This document shows positions 35,363-44,710 of a stretch of 64,000 nucleotides of DNA, piece by piece (position 1 is the first letter of the stretch; every line of letters starts with the position of its first letter). Source of the stretch: a virus. The DNA lies in IMG/VR virus record IMGVR_UViG_3300045988_173968. The stretch is one strand, 5' to 3'. The position numbers and the translations under genes were made by a program. Below the pieces are notes generated by a model. The model was not told the DNA's origin. It worked only from the letters and a program-made list of their open reading frames with translations, and did no database searches.

Positions 35363-37780
35363 ATGGCTATTAAGAATTGGAACAATGGCAAGCCCAGCTT
35401 CAGTTATGAAGGTCATGCTAATCTGGGTGTAAACCTTAACCGCCAGAAGAATGCCCCGCTTGATATCTCTTGCGAGTATTCCTCTGTCAAGGATATGCTT
35501 TACTATGTAACAGAGGGTCGCTTCCCCGCTAATGGCACTGGTGTATCTGCCGCTGTTAAGGATATGAAGAAGTATCCCTACCTCGGTCAGGTTATTGCTC
35601 TGGTTAATCCAGAAACCGAGGAGGTTGCTCTGTATTATGTAAAGACTGCTGAGTATGATGCTACTCTCGCTACTGACGATGCCATGTTTGAGCATTATTT
35701 CGAGGCGGTCGGTCGTGCTACCCTTGGCGACAATGTTACTATTGTTCGTAACGAGGAAACTGGTGTTCTCTCTATTAAGGGCTACGCCGCCGCAGAGACT
35801 GGTGCTCAGCTCGTAAAGACTGCAAATGGCCTTGAATGGGTTAAGCCGGACAATACAACCGTCGAAGGTTTGAATACCGCTGTTGCCGCTATTGAAAGTA
35901 CCATCGGCGAGGACGACACTCAGGGTCTGCGTCTGCGCATTAAGACTAATGAGGATGACATTGGTACACTTGGTGGTAAAGTCGCAACTCTTATTGGCGA
36001 AGATGCCGGCAAGTCAGCTCGTGCCATTAGCGCCGAAGAGGTCGCCAAAATTGTCGCCGGTGCCGATAAGGACTATGACACTCTGAAGGAAATTGCGGAC
36101 TATATTAACTCCGATAAGACCGGTGCTGCTCAGATGCAGACAGACATTTCTACGATTAAGTCTGACCTGAACACTGCAGAAACTGGTCTGAAAGCTCGCA
36201 TGACTGCAGCTGAGGGTGAGATTGATGCTCTGCAGGAGTCAGTTGCTGGTATCCACAGTCACGACAATAAGACTGTTCTCGATGGAATTACTGCCGAGAA
36301 GGTTGCCGCGTGGGATGCTGCAGAGACTAATGCGAAGACCTTCACTACTACCAAGATTGGGCTGACGAAGGAGGATGGCGGCGATTCCGCTACTGAAGCT
36401 CCTACCGTCAAGGCATATGTCGATGGTAAGGTTACTGCCCTGAATACTGCTATTGGTACTCAGAAAGACCGTATTGACAATCTTGGTGCTCTTGCCTCCA
36501 AGAGCGAAGTTGGCGAGACTGATCTTGCCGCCGCTCTGGCTACCAAGATCAATGGCAAAGCAGACTCCGCTACTACTCTGGCTGGTTACGGCATCGGGAA
36601 TGCCTACACTAAAACTGAGGTTGATGATGCGATCACTGCGGCGAAGGAAGCTGCCGCTACCGATGCTACCACTAAGGCTAACACCGCTGAGCAGAACGCA
36701 AAGGATTATGCTGATGGTCTCGCTGGCAATTACGATGCCAAGGGCGCTGCTGATGCAGTTCAGAAGAATGTTGATAAGGTTAACGAAGCCGTTACTACTG
36801 TTCAGGGTCAGGTAAATACCCTAAATGGCGATGCGACCACGGTTGGCTCCGTAGCGAAAAAGATTGCTGACGCGCTTGATGGCCTTGCTCTTGGCGATAC
36901 CTATGCGCCTAAGACCCATAATCATACCATTGCTCAGGTCACTGGTCTGCAAGATGCTCTGGACGAAAAGGCTGTTGCGACTCAGGTTGCTACCGACATT
37001 ACCGCCGCTAAGACTGCTGTTCTTGGTGAGGCTGACTATGCTCATACCGTAAAGGATGCCTATGAGCTCGCCAACGGTAAGGTTACTATGGCTGATGTCG
37101 AGGGGAAGGGTTATGCCGTTAAGACCGAGGTTGAGGCCAGCATCAAGGCTGTTGATGACAAGATTGGTGCCGCCAATACCGCCGCCACTAAGCTGACTGA
37201 GCGTGTTACTGCAAATGAGACTGCCATTACTAAGCTGAACGGCACTGGCGAGGGTTCCGTCGCTAAGACTGTTGCAGACAAAATCGCAGAAGTTGTTGCA
37301 GGTGCTGACAAAGACTTTGACACCCTGAAGGAGATTGCTGATTGGATTATGAGCGACACCACTGGTGCTGCTAAGATGCAATCCGACATCAGTTCTCTGA
37401 AGACACTTGTTGGCGATACAGCTGTCGCCACTCAGATTGATAATGCGCTGAAGGTCGATGGCGTTGACAAGTATGCTCTGGCTTCTGAGCTGAAGGCTGT
37501 CGCAGATAAGGCTCACGAGCATGCCAATAAGGCCGTTCTCGATGGCATTACCGCCGAAAAGGTAACTGCTTGGGACGCTGCCGAGACTAACGCCAAGGCT
37601 TACACCGACGAGAAGGTTGGTGCTATTCCCGCTGCTACCGCCGCGGCTCTCGGCCTCGTTAAGGTCGATGATGTTACTATCAAGGTAGCCGCTGACGGCA
37701 CCATTGGTGTTAAGGCAATCAGCACCGACCTGCTGACTCAGGGCACTGATACTCTGGTGTTTAATTGCGGACACGCTTGA
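35363..37780 (+). CDS. long coiled-coil fibre protein (805 aa) with an internal duplication
   Basis: Ala/Thr-rich heptad-like sequence. The segments GADKDYDTLKEIADYI... and HSHDNKTVLDGITAEKVAAWDAAETNAK each occur twice. Confidence 0.65.
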   Translation: MAIKNWNNGKPSFSYEGHANLGVNLNRQKNAPLDISCEYSSVKDMLYYVTEGRFPANGTGVSAAVKDMKKYPYLGQVIALVNPETEEVALYYVKTAEYDATLATDDAMFEHYFEAVGRATLGDNVTIVRNEETGVLSIKGYAAAETGAQLVKTANGLEWVKPDNTTVEGLNTAVAAIESTIGEDDTQGLRLRIKTNEDDIGTLGGKVATLIGEDAGKSARAISAEEVAKIVAGADKDYDTLKEIADYINSDKTGAAQMQTDISTIKSDLNTAETGLKARMTAAEGEIDALQESVAGIHSHDNKTVLDGITAEKVAAWDAAETNAKTFTTTKIGLTKEDGGDSATEAPTVKAYVDGKVTALNTAIGTQKDRIDNLGALASKSEVGETDLAAALATKINGKADSATTLAGYGIGNAYTKTEVDDAITAAKEAAATDATTKANTAEQNAKDYADGLAGNYDAKGAADAVQKNVDKVNEAVTTVQGQVNTLNGDATTVGSVAKKIADALDGLALGDTYAPKTHNHTIAQVTGLQDALDEKAVATQVATDITAAKTAVLGEADYAHTVKDAYELANGKVTMADVEGKGYAVKTEVEASIKAVDDKIGAANTAATKLTERVTANETAITKLNGTGEGSVAKTVADKIAEVVAGADKDFDTLKEIADWIMSDTTGAAKMQSDISSLKTLVGDTAVATQIDNALKVDGVDKYALASELKAVADKAHEHANKAVLDGITAEKVTAWDAAETNAKAYTDEKVGAIPAATAAALGLVKVDDVTIKVAADGTIGVKAISTDLLTQGTDTLVFNCGHA

Positions 37781-37791
37781 TATGACATTCT

Positions 37792-37823
37792 GGGATCGCC
37801 CATGTGGCGATCCCTCCTTATAT
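37792..37823 (+). terminator. hairpin terminator (weak U tract)
   Basis: GGGAUCGCC-CAUGU-GGCGAUCCC. Confidence 0.5.
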
Positions 37824-37843
37824 AAAAGAAAGGATTGATTATT

Positions 37844-38944
37844 ATGGCTGAAAAGACTTTGCAGACACGGATACAGCTTAAGTATGATACTTGGGCGAAC
37901 TGGAATACCGAAGCTGGCAAGGCTGTTGTACTTAAAAAGGGCGAAATAGCTTTTGTTGAGGTTCCTTCTGCCACAGGTGATATTACTCAAACTCCTGCAT
38001 TGCTTGCAAAGGTTGGCGATGGGGTTAAAACATTTAGTGCTCTCCCCTGGCTGAAAGCTACTGCTGCAGATGTTTTCCCATGGGCCAAGGCAGAAACAAA
38101 GCCTACCTATGAAGCGTCCGAGATTTCTGGGCTTGACGCTTTTATCAAAGGACTCGCCGACAAGGATACAGACACGCAATACCAGCTTGTTGAAGTAAAA
38201 ACGAACAATGTTGTCACTGGTTATAAACTGCAGAGCAAATCCAAGGGTGGCACCTTTGCTGACATTTCCGGTTCTCCTGTCATTGATGTTATGACGGAAG
38301 CGGAAGTAAACGCTCTGATTGACACTAAGCTGAACGGCAAGAACTTCGGTGATATTATCACTCATAACGCCTCTGAATTTGCCGCTACTTCTCACACGCA
38401 TAAAATGGCAGATGTATCTGGCTTGCAGACTTACATTGATGAGAAAACTGCTGGTCTGACCGGGGCCATGCACTTCGTCGGTACAGCTACTGCCAATCCT
38501 ACAAGTGAGTCCGGGCCTGCCGTGACCGGCGTTACCAACTTTGCCAAAGGTGATGTTGTTGTCTGGAATAAGCAGGAGTATCTTTGTACGACTGCTGGTA
38601 CCAACAAAACTGCTGTGTGGCAGCTTTTCGGTGATGAGGGTTCTTACGCTGTAAAAGGCAGTATTAAGAATGCAGATATTGCTTCCGATGCCGCTATTGA
38701 TCAGAGCAAGATTAGTGGTTTATCTACTACTCTTGGCAACAAGGTCGATAAGGTGGCCGGCAAGGGATTGAGCGCCACAGATGTCACAAAGACTATGACT
38801 GATAAGTGGGATGCTGCATATAAGCACTCTCAGACTGCTCATAACTATGCGGCTGCTTCCCATAAGCACAACCAGGCCGATATTGTTCAGGCTACTGGCG
38901 ATATCCTGATTCTTGATTGTGGCAGCGCTACTAAGAATATTTAA
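37844..38944 (+). CDS. tail-fibre-like protein with the Mtd/HylP-type N-terminal motif
   Basis: KYDTWANWNTEAGKAVVLKKGEIAFVE...KVGDGVKTFSALPW. Confidence 0.6.
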   Translation: MAEKTLQTRIQLKYDTWANWNTEAGKAVVLKKGEIAFVEVPSATGDITQTPALLAKVGDGVKTFSALPWLKATAADVFPWAKAETKPTYEASEISGLDAFIKGLADKDTDTQYQLVEVKTNNVVTGYKLQSKSKGGTFADISGSPVIDVMTEAEVNALIDTKLNGKNFGDIITHNASEFAATSHTHKMADVSGLQTYIDEKTAGLTGAMHFVGTATANPTSESGPAVTGVTNFAKGDVVVWNKQEYLCTTAGTNKTAVWQLFGDEGSYAVKGSIKNADIASDAAIDQSKISGLSTTLGNKVDKVAGKGLSATDVTKTMTDKWDAAYKHSQTAHNYAAASHKHNQADIVQATGDILILDCGSATKNI

Positions 38945-38957
38945 AAATTTGCTCTTT

Positions 38958-38988
38958 GGGTCGTTGGTTAATTCCAACGGCCCTTTTT
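38958..38988 (+). terminator. rho-independent terminator
   Basis: GGGUCGUUGG-loop-CCAACGGCCC followed by UUUUU. Confidence 0.7.
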
Positions 38989-39012
38989 GAGCATTGTTGA
39001 GGAGGTTTCTTA

Positions 39013-39702
39013 ATGGCTCAAAAAATTATAAATGCAAGAGCTAAAAACAAGCGCGATACAAGCGCCAATTGGACTGCCGCAGATCCCGTGTTGCTCGATG
39101 GAGAAATCATTATTGTTGATACAGCGGAAGGCGAAGTTCGCACGAAGATCGGTGATGGTACAAAGAAGTATTCCCAGCTTCCGTTCGAGGATGAAAAATT
39201 GAGAAGTCTCCTGAACAATAAGCTGGATAAAAACGGGAAAGTTGATTGGAGCAACATAGAGAATGCTCCAACAATTCCATCTAATCTTGACAATGTTGTT
39301 ACATACGATGAAGGTGGTATTGTAGATGCGGCAGATCCAATCGACGCCGACACTCTCGGTGGGTATAGCGCTGCGTATTTTGCGACGAAATCATCTGTTG
39401 ATGCTACAAATTCGAGCCTTTCTTCTTTGCAGACATCTGTATCCAATGCTGAATCCAGTATCACCAGCTTGCAAGAGTCCGTAGCTTCTGCACAGTCAGA
39501 CATTGGCACATTGCAAACATCTGCAGAGAATCTGTCCTCTTCCAAAGTTGACAAGGCTGGTGGCACTATGAATGGCAAGCTTATAGCTCAAAATAATGCT
39601 GATTATGCCGTTAAGCAGATGCGCAATATTTTCATTTCTACTGCTGCACCTACTGCATCTGATGGTGCCAATGGCGATATTTGGCTTAAGTATGAAGCGT
39701 GA
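39013..39702 (+). CDS. tail-fibre-like protein with the Mtd/HylP-type N-terminal motif
   Basis: KRDTSANWTAADPVLLDGEIIIVD...KIGDGTKKYSQLPF. Confidence 0.6.
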   Translation: MAQKIINARAKNKRDTSANWTAADPVLLDGEIIIVDTAEGEVRTKIGDGTKKYSQLPFEDEKLRSLLNNKLDKNGKVDWSNIENAPTIPSNLDNVVTYDEGGIVDAADPIDADTLGGYSAAYFATKSSVDATNSSLSSLQTSVSNAESSITSLQESVASAQSDIGTLQTSAENLSSSKVDKAGGTMNGKLIAQNNADYAVKQMRNIFISTAAPTASDGANGDIWLKYEA

Positions 39703-39718
39703 AGGGAGTGGTGTTTAA

Positions 39719-41257
39719 ATGGCGACGGCTGATGCGGTTAAAGCTGTTCCTTCTGGTAAGCACATCTTGACCAATCTGCTTCCCCATAGCAGTTTTGATA
39801 ATGCCGGATGGACTTCTGGGGCAAATTGTACTGTATCTTATGATAGCACAATCAAGAAGTACGGAAATTATTCCTTAAAAGTCACAAGCACTGCTTCAAG
39901 CACTACGGAAAATTTATTCTACTCCTCTTCCCTACCATACCAGACGAAAGGCCACATTTACTACTGTAGATGCGAAATGTATCAAACTGTTGCTGGGGCG
40001 TCTTCTGGTATGCAAGCATATTGGCCAGAGGCTGAACCTTTCATGGGAACAAGTACATACGATTCCGCTAAGATAAACACATGGCAAATACAAAGCTTTA
40101 GAATTGTTCGTAGTTCATGGGCATCTGGAAATCAAAAATTTAGATTTGATGTTGAAGCCATGAAGTCTCCAAGTTTTATTTACATTGACGGTGCAATGCT
40201 CATTGATCTTACTGCAACATACGGCTCCGGTAATGAGCCTACTCAGGCGTGGTGCGATGCAAACATTCCATATTTTAGCGGAACACTCGTAATCGGAAAG
40301 CTAAGCCCCGGAGATATTATTAACTTTGATTATTCAGGGGCAGGAAATTTCATTGAACTTCCTGCTGGCAAATATAAACTCGAAGCATGGGGGGCTCAGG
40401 GAGGTAATTATTCATCCTATAAGGGTGGATATGGCGGTTATTCTGTCGGCGTTCTAAGTCTTGCTAAGAAAACACCACTTTATGTTTATTCTGGCGAGCA
40501 GGGTAGTTCCTCTGCTATAACTGGGGGATTTAATGGTGGCGGTAGCGGAAGAACATCTGGTCGCGGTGGCGGCGGTGCCTCCGATATTAGAATCGCACAA
40601 GATTCACTGTACGCTCGTGTAATCGTAGCGGGCGGCGGTGGCGGTTCCGGTGTTACATCCAGCGGTAGCGGCAAAGGTGTTGGCGGCGGTACAACCGGTC
40701 TTGGAGGCTACACGAACGAAACTACGCTTGCTGGAGGCAATCGTAGCGGCGGTGGCGGCACTCAGACAGAAGGCGGCATATCGTGGAATAACCAAAGCTC
40801 TACGAAGGGCACCTTCGGAAATGGCGGTAACGGAACCGGATATAGCTGCGGAGGCGGCGGTGGCGGTTGGTACGGCGGTGGCGGCGCATACGACAACGAC
40901 AGTGACTCTGATGGTCGTAACGGCGGCGGTGGTTCTGGTTACATCTATACAGCATCCACTGCATCAAATTACCCTTCTGGGTGTCTCTTGAACAGCTCTC
41001 ATTATCTTTCTGACGCACAAACTGCGACGGGAGCAACATCGTTTCCGTCCCCTACTGGCGCTAATGAAACAGGCCATACAGGGAATGGATATGCTCGCAT
41101 AACAGTAATCGAAGTTTCTCCGACCTTTTCTGCTCCAGTTAAAATTAGCGGCAACTGGAAAGTAGCTTCTGATGGTCTCGTTAAAATAAATGGTGCTTGG
41201 AAATCCGTTGAACAAGGCTTTGTAAAAATAAACGGTACCTGGAAAGAGATTTCATAA
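39719..41257 (+). CDS. glycine-rich-domain fibre or receptor-binding candidate (512 aa)
   Basis: GGYGGYSVG...GGFNGGGSGRTSGRGGGGASDIR...VAGGGGGSG pattern, as in the glycine-rich domains of phage fibre proteins. Confidence 0.55.
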   Translation: MATADAVKAVPSGKHILTNLLPHSSFDNAGWTSGANCTVSYDSTIKKYGNYSLKVTSTASSTTENLFYSSSLPYQTKGHIYYCRCEMYQTVAGASSGMQAYWPEAEPFMGTSTYDSAKINTWQIQSFRIVRSSWASGNQKFRFDVEAMKSPSFIYIDGAMLIDLTATYGSGNEPTQAWCDANIPYFSGTLVIGKLSPGDIINFDYSGAGNFIELPAGKYKLEAWGAQGGNYSSYKGGYGGYSVGVLSLAKKTPLYVYSGEQGSSSAITGGFNGGGSGRTSGRGGGGASDIRIAQDSLYARVIVAGGGGGSGVTSSGSGKGVGGGTTGLGGYTNETTLAGGNRSGGGGTQTEGGISWNNQSSTKGTFGNGGNGTGYSCGGGGGGWYGGGGAYDNDSDSDGRNGGGGSGYIYTASTASNYPSGCLLNSSHYLSDAQTATGATSFPSPTGANETGHTGNGYARITVIEVSPTFSAPVKISGNWKVASDGLVKINGAWKSVEQGFVKINGTWKEIS

Positions 41258-41274
41258 TGAAAGGAGTTGTTTCA

Positions 41275-41805
41275 ATGGCAAAGAAAGCTAATTTAAAAGA
41301 TCCACTTGGAAATATTTTATACCCTTATACTTTGGTTGACAGTGTTCGTGATGAAGCTGGGAGGGTGCTTAGTTCTCTTGTATTAAGAAAAGACAATACG
41401 ACAGAATTTACTCCATCTGCGGATTATCATCCGTCAACAAAGAAATATGTGGATGAAACCGCTGCAGCTAAGCAGCCAAAAATCACATCTTCCGGCATCC
41501 TTATGGGCAATGGTTCTGGTGGAGTGTCCGCTGCTACAGCAAACACTGATTATCTTCCCGTGTCAAACGCTAACCTTAAAGGAACGCCTACCGCACCAAC
41601 TGCAGCAAAGGGAACCAATACCACACAAGTTGCTACAACTGCTTTTGTCCAAAACGCTTTATCTGGCATAAGTGCCAAGGGATTTGAGTTTGGCACCACT
41701 GCTCCGACAAACACCAACCTGTTATGGATTGATACGACCAACGGAAGCATCCTCAAGTATTACAATGGGTCTGCATGGACAGCCGTAAATGCTGTATTTA
41801 AGTAA
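41275..41805 (+). CDS. fibre-associated protein ending LWIDTTNGSILKYYNGSAWTAV
   Basis: ATG after AAAGGAG, within ORF 41257..41805. Confidence 0.55.
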   Translation: MAKKANLKDPLGNILYPYTLVDSVRDEAGRVLSSLVLRKDNTTEFTPSADYHPSTKKYVDETAAAKQPKITSSGILMGNGSGGVSAATANTDYLPVSNANLKGTPTAPTAAKGTNTTQVATTAFVQNALSGISAKGFEFGTTAPTNTNLLWIDTTNGSILKYYNGSAWTAVNAVFK

Positions 41806-41817
41806 GGTGGTGATGAT

Positions 41818-42312
41818 ATGTCTTTATTAAGCAAGCTCATCATCAACATCCTGACTAAGGCGCAGTTGAATGGGGCGTCTGGTGTTACAACTTCTAAAAA
41901 GGATTTGTATTATGGAAGTAATGATCAGATCTACCTTGTTCCGCATGAGCAGGAAGCTCCAAATATTGATGTCGGCACAGTGACATCGGGTACTTCTCCC
42001 GCTGTCACTGTTTCCATATCTGGGGATAAGGCACTTCTCAACTTTGTGCTACAAAAAGGCGACAACGGTAAAGATGGAACGAATGGCACTAATGGTACAA
42101 GTGCCTATGAGGCCGCTAAAACCGGCGGCTATACTGGCTCTGAAACAGACTTTAATTCATCATTGGCCACTGTCCCCTCCTACTCTCCTTTTGTGTACTC
42201 GAGCTCGGCTCCCTCTGATACTAAGAAGCTTTGGATTGATACAGCAAACAGTAATATTATGAAGTTCTATAATGGTACTGCTTGGACTCCCATAGGCTCT
42301 GTATTTTCTTAA
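41818..42312 (+). CDS. fibre-associated protein with a short collagen-like GxxGxx stretch, ending LWIDTANSNIMKFYNGTAWTPI
   Basis: ORF with AAGGTGG RBS. Confidence 0.55.
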   Translation: MSLLSKLIINILTKAQLNGASGVTTSKKDLYYGSNDQIYLVPHEQEAPNIDVGTVTSGTSPAVTVSISGDKALLNFVLQKGDNGKDGTNGTNGTSAYEAAKTGGYTGSETDFNSSLATVPSYSPFVYSSSAPSDTKKLWIDTANSNIMKFYNGTAWTPIGSVFS

Positions 42313-42329
42313 GACGGGAGGAAGACGCT

Positions 42330-42620
42330 ATGGAAACGATAGACTTAATTATAAAAATTGCAGCTTTGATTACTGCGGTTGCGACTTGCTTTGCGTTGGT
42401 TAAGCAGATACATAGGGCAGTAAAGTGGGTCGAACATTTGGCTCAACAGTGTGACGAGAATGTTTTAAGCATTTTACGGCTCACTATTGTGTCTACTGAG
42501 ATGCCAATGTCTGAACGCATTGCCGCCGGAGATAAGTACATTAAGCTTGGCGGTAATGGCGCTGTTAAACATTTGTATCAGAGTTTGGTTGATGAGAACG
42601 CTAAAGACGAGAAAATTTAA
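42330..42620 (+). CDS. small membrane-anchored protein (96 aa)
   Basis: ATG after GGGAGGA. N-terminal hydrophobic helix IIKIAALITAVATCFALV. Confidence 0.5.
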   Translation: METIDLIIKIAALITAVATCFALVKQIHRAVKWVEHLAQQCDENVLSILRLTIVSTEMPMSERIAAGDKYIKLGGNGAVKHLYQSLVDENAKDEKI

Positions 42621-42634
42621 GAAGGAGGGATTAT

Positions 42635-43141
42635 ATGGTTGATTTAAGCTTTTATAGCCTGCTTGTGGCTGTAAAATCGTTTGAACCTGTTACAGAAAAT
42701 TTGGTTGCTGATTACTACGCACAAAGCAATCATCTTAGTATTGACGATTTATTTATGGTGCTCGCCGATGGAAGCGATCGTTATAAAGATAAAACACTTG
42801 ATGAGATCTTAGAGTATTGTTCCTCTGCAGCGAGCTCAATCTGTGCTGGCTATGGTGTTGCTGAGAGGTTTTCCCCTATTTTTAAAGCATATTTGATTCC
42901 ATACGATTGTAGCACTTCTACCGACGAAGATAGAAGTAAACTAATCTCTCTTTATGAGTCTGCTGCGTGCATCGATGTTTCAAATAATGATCCTGCGTGG
43001 TATCTTAGGGAAAATATTAGATATCGCCTGATGAGTATTTATGTTGTTTCTTCGAACGATATTGACAAGATAAAAGAATTGCTCCCAAAGGTGAAGGCTG
43101 GTAAAGAACAGTATAGCAAATGGCTTGTAAAAGAGAGGTGA
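42635..43141 (+). CDS. hypothetical protein (168 aa)
   Basis: ORF with AAGGAGGG RBS. Confidence 0.5.
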   Translation: MVDLSFYSLLVAVKSFEPVTENLVADYYAQSNHLSIDDLFMVLADGSDRYKDKTLDEILEYCSSAASSICAGYGVAERFSPIFKAYLIPYDCSTSTDEDRSKLISLYESAACIDVSNNDPAWYLRENIRYRLMSIYVVSSNDIDKIKELLPKVKAGKEQYSKWLVKER

Positions 43142-43147
43142 GGTTAA

Positions 43148-43762
43148 GTGTCTTTAGAATCGAAAAACACAATCCTCGCTTCTGATTTCGTGTCCCTCAA
43201 AGCTCGTGTTAAAGCTGAAATGAATCGAAGACAATATGTGGGTTCGTTGGTTTCTTATGCCGGAACTGCCTATGATTATTCAGTAATACCAATAAGTGGT
43301 GGCGTTATTTCAACTGAACATATCAATAAGCTTGTAACTCCAGTGAATGCAATCGCAGCGAGTGGATATACAGCCAAAAATTCAGGAGATATAGTTCAGG
43401 AGCTTTCGGCTTTTAGCACTAAACTTAAGGCTCATGAAAGTCAGGCGCTGTATGGAGCAACAGACTGCGCGAGTAGCTGTTCTGGGTTGTGTAGTTCTGC
43501 TTGCAGTGGCACTTGCTCCGGTTGTAGCGGTTGTTCTGGTTGCGGAGGATGTGACACAACTTGCAGCGGCTCTTGCAGCGGCGGTTGTGAAGGTTGCGGA
43601 TCTGGTTGTAACGCAGGTTGTGCGCCGTCTTGTGCGGGTGGCTGCTGGAATGATGGATGTACCAGCAGTTGTACTGCAACATGCCGAACTTGCGCGGGAG
43701 TATGCGGTAACGGTTGTGGATATAATTGTGGTTCGAATTGCAGCGGGGGCAACACAAAATGA
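43148..43762 (+). CDS. CXXX-repeat protein A: 106-aa N-terminal domain plus a 25-Cys repeat region
   Basis: GTG start after GAGAGGTGAGG. The C-terminal 98 aa reads CASSCSGLCSSACSGTCSGCSGC...CGSNCSGG. The N-terminal domain is paralogous to gene 46049..46699. Confidence 0.75.
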   Translation: MSLESKNTILASDFVSLKARVKAEMNRRQYVGSLVSYAGTAYDYSVIPISGGVISTEHINKLVTPVNAIAASGYTAKNSGDIVQELSAFSTKLKAHESQALYGATDCASSCSGLCSSACSGTCSGCSGCSGCGGCDTTCSGSCSGGCEGCGSGCNAGCAPSCAGGCWNDGCTSSCTATCRTCAGVCGNGCGYNCGSNCSGGNTK

Positions 43763-43892
43763 TTCATAAATCAGAATTTAGTCCTTTGGGATAGCTTGAT
43801 TTTAAAAAGAACTGAGAACCACTTCGCATAGGAACGAAAGTTATGGAATTGTTGTTGTCGCAGTGGTTGTAGTTTTAATTGGGGAGTTGTAT

Positions 43893-44405
43893 ATGTTTGG
43901 AATTTCGATGGCAAATGTATCTGTGAAAATCGCCGAGTTAAAAGATATTGTGATTGACGAGATTCAGGAGTGTATTGATGAAGGTAATATAAAGCCAGAA
44001 TATGCCCCGTATTATATCTTGGTTTATTATTCGACTCAGAGCAAAATTTCAGAATCTCGTAGCAATCTTTTGACTTATTGTTCTAACATAGTCAATGTTA
44101 TTGAAGCGGCGACAGGCATAACATATGACGATAATTTTAAAAATGTTGTTATTGATTTCTTTATTGCTTTTAGATCCATAGAAAATATAGATATTGATAA
44201 ACGGATCGAAGAGCTTGAGGGAATCATTAGCAAATACAAAAACCTCACTGTTGGTAGTATTGAATGGTTTTTGATTGAATTTATGAAAAGAGAACTCCTT
44301 GGCCGTTATGCTGGTGATGCTAAGTATTTTGAAAAGATGAAACTGTTAGTCGCCGAGTCATCACCCACAGACAATATATATAAAGAGTTCTCAAGCCAAG
44401 TATGA
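43893..44405 (+). CDS. hypothetical protein (170 aa), AT-rich gene
   Basis: ATG after GGGGAG, within ORF 43863..44405. Confidence 0.5.
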   Translation: MFGISMANVSVKIAELKDIVIDEIQECIDEGNIKPEYAPYYILVYYSTQSKISESRSNLLTYCSNIVNVIEAATGITYDDNFKNVVIDFFIAFRSIENIDIDKRIEELEGIISKYKNLTVGSIEWFLIEFMKRELLGRYAGDAKYFEKMKLLVAESSPTDNIYKEFSSQV

Positions 44406-44424
44406 TATGTATTGGAGGATTAAC

Positions 44425-44709
44425 ATGAAAGAGATTAAGGTACAATTAACAAGCAAAGAAAGCACATATATTGAGAGACTTTGGTATGAATACAATGCTT
44501 CTCTGAACATTCTGAGATTTTTGATGTCTCAGGATACCGTACTGGAACAGCATCTGCAAAAGTATTTGGATAGTTCGGAAGCAAAATACGCGGAGCTCGA
44601 GATGGCCAAGGATAGTGTCAGTAAGGCACATAAGCCCGAGGAGATTACTGGAGAATATGATTATCGATTCGACTTTGACGAAGAATGCTTAATTTACAAG
44701 GAGAAATAA
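44425..44709 (+). CDS. small accessory protein translationally coupled to the radical-SAM gene
   Basis: ATG after TGGAGGA. Its stop lies 1 nt before the start of the radical-SAM gene. Confidence 0.55.
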   Translation: MKEIKVQLTSKESTYIERLWYEYNASLNILRFLMSQDTVLEQHLQKYLDSSEAKYAELEMAKDSVSKAHKPEEITGEYDYRFDFDEECLIYKEK

Positions 44710-44710
44710 G

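Noticed and set aside
36821-38473. 550-aa minus-strand ORF, plus others at 31606..32568, 27492..28313, 23944..24837, 49112..49690, 48732..49361, 60084..60734 and 20335..20901, all antisense to structural genes
   Set aside because: They lie fully antisense to plus-strand genes with clear motifs, RBSs and operon structure. Their sequences are low-complexity and have no RBS. They are typical shadow ORFs caused by GCT/GGT/ACT-rich codon usage.
40486-41039. Multiple overlapping ORFs in both strands within the glycine-rich fibre gene and within the two CXXX-repeat genes (43425..43769, 46308..46706)
   Set aside because: The repetitive GGN/TGY codons keep alternative frames open. The plus-strand frames with an RBS and paralogous N-terminal domains explain the sequence.
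34078-42312. Diversity-generating retroelement acting on the Mtd-like fibre genes
   Set aside because: No reverse transcriptase gene was found in the window. No near-identical template/variable repeat pair with adenine-specific differences was found either. The repeats seen are protein-level motifs only.
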